64,000 bases of DNA from a virus, in the IMG/VR virus record IMGVR_UViG_3300037882_000456, positions 7,882 through 71,881 of that record; one strand, 5' to 3'. The position numbers and the translations under genes were made by a program. The notes under the pieces were generated by a model. The model was not told the origin of the DNA, searched no databases, and saw only the letters and a program-made list of their open reading frames with translations. The number at the start of each line of letters is the position of its first letter. The first letter of the stretch is position 1. Below, in pieces: positions 57,363-64,000 of this stretch.

Positions 57363-58280
57363 TTATAGCACGAACTGGTCGATAGTGCAATCTGATGGAT
57401 TCTTGTCAACCCGAACGCAGACGAACTGAGGGTGGCGAGGAGTGCCGTGCTTACCCGAACCAACCAGTTCATTCGCCTTGATTTCAATGACCTTTGTGAG
57501 AGGCTTGTCCTTCCAGAAAGCCTCACGCTGCTCGTCAGACAGTCCACCACCGACGCGGCCAATCTCAACCAACTCATCATTCTCAAACACGCTGTAGATC
57601 AGCCCACCAAGGCGACCCTCGTGCTTGCCTTCGCCTTCGTAAGTGCCAGTCACTACAACATCGTAAGTAGAAACTGCCTTAAACTTGTACCAAGTGTCAC
57701 GAGGACGACCGCCCTGCTCGTACAAACCCTCGATGTTCTTCAAGATAGATCCCTCAATACCCGCATCCATGAGCGCCTGATGGGTTTCAGAGAAGTTAAT
57801 GTAGAAAGCAGGATTAACGTGAACGTGCTTGGGGACGCGCAGGGCGATATCCATAGCAGTCCTACGACTGATCTGCTGCGTGCCGTGTAGAGGGATGTCA
57901 AATACAATGAACTCAATGCTCTGGCCGTATTCTTCCTGGCGCAGACGAGCCTTCTGCATCCCGCTACCCATGATCCTCATGGTCTTGTTGAAGTCTACGA
58001 TGGGCACCTGAGTTCCCTGCACATCTTCCCAGCGATCAATGAAGGCAAGTTCGCCATCAAGCACCGTGCCGATGGGCAGGGTCATCAGCGAGGCCTCTAG
58101 TTCGGGGCACTTGCCCACCTGAGTCTTGCCGGTGCGACTGTAGATTTCAAGTCCATCCTTGGTGCGCTCAACGATACAGCGCATTCCATCATGCTTTGGC
58201 TCTAGGTAGTAGCCACCCCACTCGGAGTCAACGATGACATCGGACGAGTACGGGCGGGCCAGCATGGGCTTGATGGTCAT
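57363..58280 (-). CDS. lig: ATP-dependent DNA ligase
   Basis: 'PMLA', EPKHDG.R, DGE, FD, EG..LK, W.K.K, 'GLS', 'RHP.F..R.DK'. Confidence 0.92.
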   Translation of the reverse strand: MTIKPMLARPYSSDVIVDSEWGGYYLEPKHDGMRCIVERTKDGLEIYSRTGKTQVGKCPELEASLMTLPIGTVLDGELAFIDRWEDVQGTQVPIVDFNKTMRIMGSGMQKARLRQEEYGQSIEFIVFDIPLHGTQQISRRTAMDIALRVPKHVHVNPAFYINFSETHQALMDAGIEGSILKNIEGLYEQGGRPRDTWYKFKAVSTYDVVVTGTYEGEGKHEGRLGGLIYSVFENDELVEIGRVGGGLSDEQREAFWKDKPLTKVIEIKANELVGSGKHGTPRHPQFVCVRVDKNPSDCTIDQFVL

Positions 58281-58361
58281 AGCGGGTTCCTAACGTAGAA
58301 GGGTGAGCCTTTTCAGTCATGCTCAGGACTGGGCGATGGGTCTAGTATAGCACCCAAGCCT

Positions 58362-59102
58362 CTAGTTGTCAAGCAGTCTACAGGTCCGAAGATTGCCGTA
58401 GTTGCCATCCATGTGCAGCCCGATCACCTTCACGAAAGGATCGTACTCAGGGTACGAGTATTCCTTCTGATAGTGGTAGTGACCGTGATACCAAACGCTC
58501 GGGCGTGTAGCGTCAGCAACCCTGCTGACAGACTGCCTCTGCGCCTGACTCTCATAGTCAGTTTTCCACAGGTCCATCGGGATGTTCGTGGGAGCATCGT
58601 GAGTGAACAGGAAGTCGATCTTGCCCCGACTGATAGCCAAAGCCTCTTCCTCTGGCGTGATCGTTTCCTCAGCCCAGTAAGACTCACCGAACTTCCTCCA
58701 CTCACGGTCGATGCTGAAAGCACCACCAAGCGTCATCAGACGCTTGCCGTACCACTCCCAAACATTGGCACGAGGACTGTACCAAATGTTTTCCCTGATC
58801 TTCCAGAAGCCCTCCTCGGACCTCTCAGCGTCAGCGTACTTCTCCCGAAGCATGGTGTGATTCTCGTGGTTGCCGTCAAGCCAAACAACCTGGACCCCGC
58901 GAAGAACGGCGTTGTCGCTCAACCTGTCAAGGTAGAACTTGCCGTCTGCGGTGTGCTCCCAATAACCAAAGTCACCGACCTGTAGGATCAAGTCAATGTC
59001 ATTAGCCTTCGCCTCACGCAAGCAGGAACTAGCCCACGAGAAGTTCCCGTGCCAGTCACCCGCGACATAGAAATCTGGCGTGAGTGGTGCGACGCTAACC
59101 AT
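58362..59102 (-). CDS. Metallophosphoesterase
   Basis: GDWHG, GDFG, DGNHE, 'GGA.SID', TH, GHYH. Confidence 0.9.
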   Translation of the reverse strand: MVSVAPLTPDFYVAGDWHGNFSWASSCLREAKANDIDLILQVGDFGYWEHTADGKFYLDRLSDNAVLRGVQVVWLDGNHENHTMLREKYADAERSEEGFWKIRENIWYSPRANVWEWYGKRLMTLGGAFSIDREWRKFGESYWAEETITPEEEALAISRGKIDFLFTHDAPTNIPMDLWKTDYESQAQRQSVSRVADATRPSVWYHGHYHYQKEYSYPEYDPFVKVIGLHMDGNYGNLRTCRLLDN

Positions 59103-59104
59103 GA

Positions 59105-59434
59105 CTAAATCCTTTCGTATCCTGTCGTAACAACCGGCTTGGCTGTTACCTCGTAGAAATCACCCTCCCAAGAACTGCCAGTCCAAGACTGATAGTACCC
59201 GTCCTTGCGATACAAACGCCCCTCAATTTCAAGGATGATGTAGAGGGTGGAACCCTGATCCATGCCGCCGAACGAGTCAACCAGTTTGGCAGAGATCATT
59301 TCACCATCTACAGGGAAGGTAATAACCTCGCCCTTTCGGTACCAACTGTACCATCCATCTTCCAGACCAGGAACCCCACCCTCGTCCTCGGCCTCTTCGA
59401 CTACCTCAGCGATACGTTCCAGCGAGGCAATCAT
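59105..59434 (-). CDS. Hypothetical protein (one copy of a GYYxSWxG domain)
   Basis: Paralogous to both halves of 59431..60048. Confidence 0.65.
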   Translation of the reverse strand: MIASLERIAEVVEEAEDEGGVPGLEDGWYSWYRKGEVITFPVDGEMISAKLVDSFGGMDQGSTLYIILEIEGRLYRKDGYYQSWTGSSWEGDFYEVTAKPVVTTGYERI

Positions 59435-60048
59435 GGGCGCTCATAGCGAATCTCAGTGACGGGCGTACCAACAACCTCGTAGGGCTTGCCGTTCAACTCG
59501 ACACCCTCCCACGAACTGTAGTAGCCGTCCCAGCGGAAGATCTTTCCGCCAACCGTGAACACGCGAGAAACCTGCTCCCCGTCACCGTCGCGGTCGCCCC
59601 AACGAGAGAGCAACTTAACAGTACCCAAACCGAAAACGGTAAGCGGATCGGAGCCAACCGTCATGTTGGCGAGTTCGCTCCGAGTCTCTCCCTCAATGGC
59701 ACGCATAACCAGAGTGCCATCGATCTCAGGAGCCACAGAGGGCTCGTAAACGATCTGCTCGACAGTCTTGGCAGCAACCTCGTTGAGAGTGCTGTCCCAG
59801 GTCTGACCGCTCCATGAGTCAGAGTAGCCAGCCTTACGGAACAGGCGACCGTCAATCTGGAAAACAACCCAGGCGCTAGTCGTCTCTTCGTCAGCCCAGG
59901 AGTTATAGTCCGTCTCCTTGAACGAGTCGTGAACCGCCGCATTCAGATCAAACTTAGGAAGAAAGAACGTCTGCCCCTTCTCAAAGTCAAGGGTGTCCCA
60001 TGCACCAGCGCCAGTAAGCGCCTCATCAAACTGCTTTGCTGTAATCAT
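59431..60048 (-). CDS. Hypothetical protein (two copies of a GYYxSWxG domain)
   Basis: Internal duplication. Confidence 0.65.
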   Translation of the reverse strand: MITAKQFDEALTGAGAWDTLDFEKGQTFFLPKFDLNAAVHDSFKETDYNSWADEETTSAWVVFQIDGRLFRKAGYSDSWSGQTWDSTLNEVAAKTVEQIVYEPSVAPEIDGTLVMRAIEGETRSELANMTVGSDPLTVFGLGTVKLLSRWGDRDGDGEQVSRVFTVGGKIFRWDGYYSSWEGVELNGKPYEVVGTPVTEIRYERP

Positions 60049-60057
60049 CTGCTCTCC

Positions 60058-60813
60058 TTAGAGTCTGACAAGGCGATCTGCCTTGGCGTGGTGTCTTGCT
60101 ACATAGTCTACATCAGGTGCCCACAGTTCGTCAAGGTGTTCTGCACAGAAAAGTGCAAACCATCCCTTCGTGAGAGAGGTCAGCGTTCTACGCAGGGTAG
60201 CGAAGTACGCCAGTCTCGGTGACTCTGTGTAATCAGAGGGAATCAGGATACGTTCCAGAGCGGTTGCGTAAACCTCCTCCATGACCATGTGGATCTGCTC
60301 ATCAAAGGGAAGGGCGTTCCACTTGTCTCTGTCCACAGCCACCCGGCCAGGAATAACAATCTTCTCGTAGAGAGGACGATCACCGTAAGCAACGGATTCG
60401 TGAACAGAATCGTGGTCGTACACACGCTCAATGATGTCATCAAAGAACGAGGCTTTATCACCCTTTAGGCTGGCAGACTTAGCACCGTAGTGGTCAACCC
60501 AAATCGGGTAGAGAATATCGTACAGTTCAGGAACCAACTTGGCACCAGCGCGCTGCATGAAACGAATGTCGTTTGCGTGCTTGTTCCACTTGTTGACCCA
60601 GAAGATATGCGAAACCTTGATCGTGTAGAGTTCATTCAGCGAAGGCTGAACCGGATCAAGGCCATGACGCCAGTGAGTGTATTCAAGGATACGATCATCC
60701 CAGAAAGTCTCTGCTCCGTCAATGGGATGCGGTGAGAAGTAGTCCCAATCCTTCGGCTCACGGAAGGAGGGAAGAACATTTTTGATGGCCCTAGAGCCTA
60801 CGAGAACCTCCAT
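60058..60813 (-). CDS. Nucleotidyltransferase-like conserved phage protein
   Basis: 'VGSRA......REPKDWDY' (GS...DxD), 'YTIK.SH', 'YDHD.VH'. Confidence 0.6.
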   Translation of the reverse strand: MEVLVGSRAIKNVLPSFREPKDWDYFSPHPIDGAETFWDDRILEYTHWRHGLDPVQPSLNELYTIKVSHIFWVNKWNKHANDIRFMQRAGAKLVPELYDILYPIWVDHYGAKSASLKGDKASFFDDIIERVYDHDSVHESVAYGDRPLYEKIVIPGRVAVDRDKWNALPFDEQIHMVMEEVYATALERILIPSDYTESPRLAYFATLRRTLTSLTKGWFALFCAEHLDELWAPDVDYVARHHAKADRLVRL

Positions 60814-60817
60814 GAGA

Positions 60818-61000
60818 TTACTCCTTGTCGCTGATAGTTACCTGACCGGACACGAGTACCGCTGCTACGACCTCTAGCGCGATTTGCACCTGATACATAG
60901 CATCTTCTGGGTGCATGGGTTGGTTTGGATACTTGTCAAAGCCAGACTCTAGAGTGGCTGTGACGATCTTTGAAAGGGCGGTTGGAGTAATCTGGATCAT
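60818..61000 (-). CDS. Hypothetical protein
   Basis: GGAG RBS. Confidence 0.5.
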   Translation of the reverse strand: MIQITPTALSKIVTATLESGFDKYPNQPMHPEDAMYQVQIALEVVAAVLVSGQVTISDKE

Positions 61001-61020
61001 TTCTGCTCCAATGATAGAAG

Positions 61021-61094
61021 TGGCTTTCCCTGCTGGATTCGAACCAACATTCTAGGATTCAAAGTCCTCTGTCCTGCCATTAGACGAAGGGAAA
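61021..61094 (-). tRNA. tRNA-Gln(TTG)
   Basis: Loop CTTTGAA, CCA. Confidence 0.9.
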
Positions 61095-61099
61095 TCAAA

Positions 61100-61168
61100 T
61101 GGTGGCGTGCTACCTTTACACCAACCCAGGGCTTGGCCCTGGGTAAGGAATCGAACCTTACTACCACC
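61100..61168 (-). ncRNA. Circularly permuted tRNA-like RNA (T arm, closed acceptor-like stem, D arm)
   Basis: GGTGGT-AG-TAAGG TTCGATT CCTTA-CCCAGGG CCAAG CCCTGGG-TTG-GTGT AAAGGTA GCAC-GCCACC. Confidence 0.7.
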
Positions 61169-61244
61169 TGGCTCTCACGCTAGGATTCGAACCTAGACTG
61201 TATTCCTTAACAGGGAACTGCACTGCCAGTTATGCTACGCGAGA
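61169..61244 (-). tRNA. tRNA-Asn(GTT)
   Basis: Loop CTGTTAA, CCA. Confidence 0.9.
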
Positions 61245-61285
61245 TTAACTTCGGGTTTGTTTAAATGGAGAGCCCGTGTCCACAG

Positions 61286-61359
61286 TCGGGATGCTCGGAT
61301 TCGAACCGAGAGTCTCATCGCCCCAAACGACGCGGATTGCCAAATTTTCCCACACCCCG
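61286..61359 (-). tRNA. tRNA-Pro(TGG)
   Basis: Loop TTTGGGG. Confidence 0.88.
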
Positions 61360-61401
61360 TGGTGTTGTTCTACTAGTCTAGCACACTTCATGCTGTCTGT
61401 C

Positions 61402-61476
61402 AAGACAAACGGTGGAGATTGGTGTCGGGCGGGTGTTCTTAGTACCGCCGGATCTTCCAACCCCCACCGCTGCCTT
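61402..61476 (-). ncRNA. Promoter-driven ~75 nt rod-like hairpin RNA
   Basis: TTGCGT-N17-TAGACT promoter; ~20 bp stem, internal loop, apical GGCGG/CCGCC. Confidence 0.5.
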
Positions 61477-61493
61477 ACTGACAGTCTAGCACA

Positions 61494-62249
61494 CTATCCT
61501 GCTACACGCAAGCCAATCCTTCTACAGAACGTAGGACCAACCTTCTTGTTTGTGTTAGCAGCCCACTTGGGATTCTTAGTCTCCCTAGCGATGAGAGTGT
61601 TAGCGATGTCCACCAACTTCTCAGTCTGCGAACCGTAAAGACCTGTCGCACCCGCTGGGTTATATCTGTCAGGGTTGTATCCCCTGGCCTTGATAAACTT
61701 CCTGAGAGCGATCTGCAAAGCCTTTACATCAGAATTCTTCTTACCTGCCTGCAAGTTAATCAACTTCACACCGCCACGAATGGCTGGCTTGACTGGCAAA
61801 CGAACCTTCTTAGAACGAAGATACGCCCCCCATGTAGTCGGCTTAACCTTTAGGTACCTCTGTGGGTCTAGGCGATTGCTCGCTAGACCATTTCTTCCAC
61901 GCGCTAGAGAACGGACTTGGCCTGCGGCCACTCTTGGTAGCCCAGGTGTTCCATTCCTAATAGCGTGAATGTGAGGAGCGAAGCCATCGCCTCTACCACG
62001 AGCCCAGGCCGAAAACCCGATCTGACGTAGAATCTTAACGAGACGATCCTGCTTTGTCCTTCCCCAGCCACGAACGGAAATATCAATCGCTCCTGGCCCT
62101 GAGTGAGTTCCAGCACTCTTTGCTCCGAGTGAATAGGAGCCTTGCGTAGGACGAATCCTTGACCCAAAAAGCCTTTCGGCTTCTTGCAACGCTTGCGCCG
62201 TAGGCTTATCAAAACGAAACCCACGCCACCTGACGCGCGGAAGGGCCAT
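61494..62249 (-). CDS. Endolysin-like Zn peptidase (LAS/M15-like) with C-terminal binding domain
   Basis: 'QGSY....SAGTH...GAID', 'LR..GF.AW.R', 'PHIHAI'; 'V..LQ.AL', 'G.YG..T'. Confidence 0.8.
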   Translation of the reverse strand: MALPRVRWRGFRFDKPTAQALQEAERLFGSRIRPTQGSYSLGAKSAGTHSGPGAIDISVRGWGRTKQDRLVKILRQIGFSAWARGRGDGFAPHIHAIRNGTPGLPRVAAGQVRSLARGRNGLASNRLDPQRYLKVKPTTWGAYLRSKKVRLPVKPAIRGGVKLINLQAGKKNSDVKALQIALRKFIKARGYNPDRYNPAGATGLYGSQTEKLVDIANTLIARETKNPKWAANTNKKVGPTFCRRIGLRVAG

Positions 62250-62659
62250 CAGTTAGCGCCCTCAACCGCACTCTCGTCAACAATCTCTTCCAGTTCCTCA
62301 GCCTCTAGTTCAAGGTCGAAGTCACCGTCGCCCTCTTCTGGAAGTTCATCCACTGTACCAAGGCCACCGGGAATGGCAGCCTGAATTGCAGCAGTTGCGC
62401 CCTGAGGCTTGTAAACACCCAGGTAGGTTAGCACAGAAGTGCCAAAGATTGTAACGAATGAAGTAACCACGGCCTGAACATCAAACGTGTCTGAGCCCAG
62501 GAGCGGGATCAACACGGCAGAAGCGGCAGAAAGTGCCAACAGAACAGTGTTCTTGAACTTGCTAGAAGCGAGTTCCTTCGTGACCAAGGCCACGAGTGCC
62601 GGTAGGACTACACCTACGACAATGGCGAGCGTGGTCGCCGTATCTAGATTATCAAACAT
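62249..62659 (-). CDS. Holin
   Basis: Three TM segments, acidic tail, TGATG-coupled to lysin. Confidence 0.75.
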   Translation of the reverse strand: MFDNLDTATTLAIVVGVVLPALVALVTKELASSKFKNTVLLALSAASAVLIPLLGSDTFDVQAVVTSFVTIFGTSVLTYLGVYKPQGATAAIQAAIPGGLGTVDELPEEGDGDFDLELEAEELEEIVDESAVEGAN

Positions 62660-62703
62660 GAATTGTTTGTCTCCCTTTTCTTATATTTGTGTTTTACCAC
62701 AAG

Positions 62704-62786
62704 CGGTGGGTCAAGGGTTCGAACCTTGGAGGCTGTTACACCTTACGATTTAGCAAACCGCTGCATTACCACTCTGCCAACCCACC
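62704..62786 (-). tRNA. tRNA-Ser(GCT)
   Basis: Loop TTGCTAA, long variable arm. Confidence 0.9.
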
Positions 62787-62791
62787 TAGCG

Positions 62792-62864
62792 AGCCCTCGG
62801 AGAGAATCGAACTCCCGTATAGTTGGTTCGTAGCCAACCGCGTTATCCCCTACGCTACGAGGGC
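62792..62864 (-). tRNA. tRNA-Arg(ACG)
   Basis: Loop CTACGAA. Confidence 0.9.
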
Positions 62865-62868
62865 AAAG

Positions 62869-62940
62869 CACCTGGACAAGGATTCGAACCTCAATTAATG
62901 GATTCAGAGTCCATTGACTTGCCGATTAGTCGATCCAGGT
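62869..62940 (-). tRNA. tRNA-Gln(CTG)
   Basis: Loop CTCTGAA. Confidence 0.88.
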
Positions 62941-62945
62941 ATAGA

Positions 62946-63035
62946 TGGAGGAAGGTGGAGGTATCGCGCCCCGAAAGTGTTCTACACCGTTCCCTTGGTT
63001 TTCAAGACCAATTTGTGCCTTGCACGGCACCTTCC
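62946..63035 (-). tRNA. tRNA-Ser(TGA), atypical D and T arms
   Basis: Loop CTTGAAA, long variable arm, T-loop CGCGATA, CCA. Confidence 0.7.
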
Positions 63036-63076
63036 CTATCCATCGTTATCCATTTTAGCACATAATCAACTTACTG

Positions 63077-64000
63077 TCAAGCAATCGCAGTGAGGACTCG
63101 CGCCCTAATCTCATCGAAGCCCTGGTAGTTGATGAACGTGCCATCCTTCCAGACCGTCGCCAGGAGCGACTGTGCTTCCTGCTCAGGCGTTGCATTGTCA
63201 ATCAGAGCCAGTCGGCCACGCTCATTTACTTCGACAGCGAGGCGACCAACAGCCGACTTCTTGAATCCACTATCTGTAACTGGATCCTTGAAGATTGCAG
63301 TCTGAACACCGTCAATAACAATGCTCGTAGCCTTCATAGCGAATCCGTAGGTGTCACGAGTCGTGTACTGGTAGAGGTACGAACCCATACCGAATACCAC
63401 CGCGCCCGATGCAAAGCCCTTTGCTTCCAGACCAGCGAGGATCTGAGTCGCACGAGCCTCGGTGATCGAGTCACCGTAGATAACACCAAGGTGGCTGTCA
63501 AGCAACTTGTAGCCAGTCTCAGTAATCGTTCCACCGAACTCATCCCACAGAACCTCAATGGTTCCCTTGTATTCAGGGCTACCAATGGGAGCGTCAGGAT
63601 CACCAACGAGAACCTTTACGGGATCGCCACTGTCAGGACGGACAACCAACTTGCCATCGCGCTGCATGATCTTCTCGTGCAACTTCGGCAGAGTCTCAGT
63701 GAGAACCTTCCAGTAGTCCCATGTGTCCGACACAATGCTGACAATACCAGCAGGGTAAAGATCGAGCAGACGGATGTAGGTGTCAATCTCGCTTTCCTTA
63801 CCGCCCGCACACATAACGCTGTGCTCAGTAGCAGGAACGCTAGCGCCGATCAGGAACTCAGGATCGGTAGGCTGGTAATACTTCTCGATAGTCTCAATGG
63901 CAGGAATCGTGTCCGTACCAATGAACGAGGTAAGGTGACCAATTCCGCTGAGGCATGCGGCCTCAACACCGGCCATACCACGCATCGAGAAGTCGTGACC
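63077..64000 (-). CDS. nadV: Nicotinamide phosphoribosyltransferase (5' truncated by window)
   Basis: 'HDFSMRG', 'HL.SF.GTD', 'SVPATEHSVM', 'VSDTWD', 'RPDSGDP', 'IYGDSI', 'TRDT.GFAMKA', 'KDP.TD.G.K.S'. Confidence 0.93.
   Translation of the reverse strand, partial: GHDFSMRGMAGVEAACLSGIGHLTSFIGTDTIPAIETIEKYYQPTDPEFLIGASVPATEHSVMCAGGKESEIDTYIRLLDLYPAGIVSIVSDTWDYWKVLTETLPKLHEKIMQRDGKLVVRPDSGDPVKVLVGDPDAPIGSPEYKGTIEVLWDEFGGTITETGYKLLDSHLGVIYGDSITEARATQILAGLEAKGFASGAVVFGMGSYLYQYTTRDTYGFAMKATSIVIDGVQTAIFKDPVTDSGFKKSAVGRLAVEVNERGRLALIDNATPEQEAQSLLATVWKDGTFINYQGFDEIRARVLTAIA

Noticed and set aside
62946-63035. Selenocysteine or suppressor tRNA
   Set aside because: The anticodon reads TGA (Ser), not TCA; no stop-codon reassignment is evident in the ORFs.

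Overview
This window is a 64-kb segment of a large, tRNA-rich tailed phage, most likely a siphovirus. WhiB-like and Lsr2-like genes and many leaderless genes point to an actinobacterial host, and the layout is reminiscent of large Streptomyces BE/BK-type phages (inference). It has four blocks. (1) 1-22.2 kb, minus strand: head/neck genes, major capsid, protease-scaffold, portal, minor tail/collagen/repeat proteins and class II RNR. Embedded here is a GNAT / 32-aa peptide / cupin / adenylate-forming enzyme / cupin operon. (2) 22.5-28.5 kb, plus strand: transglycosylase, proteasome-beta-like protease, SLOG, SNase, thyX and small genes. (3) 28.6-43.2 kb, plus strand: an early/host-takeover-type region, possibly a long terminal repeat, built from individually promoted mini-cassettes. 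It holds 13 copies of a CGGGCAAGATCTTGCCCG palindrome module, six promoters matching the actinobacterial PafBC/RecA-NDp DNA-damage motif, DnaA boxes, GTTAC-N6-GTTAC boxes, 4 tRNAs and DUF932, rIIA/rIIB, WhiB and Lsr2 genes. (4) 43.3-64 kb, minus strand: membrane proteins, WhiB, HNH, phosphoesterases, macrodomain, DNA ligase, three lysin-like genes, a holin, partial NAMPT and 25 tRNAs. Structured non-tRNA RNAs are interleaved, including a circularly permuted tRNA-like element. All calls were made by eye from sequence and motifs; no database searches were run.
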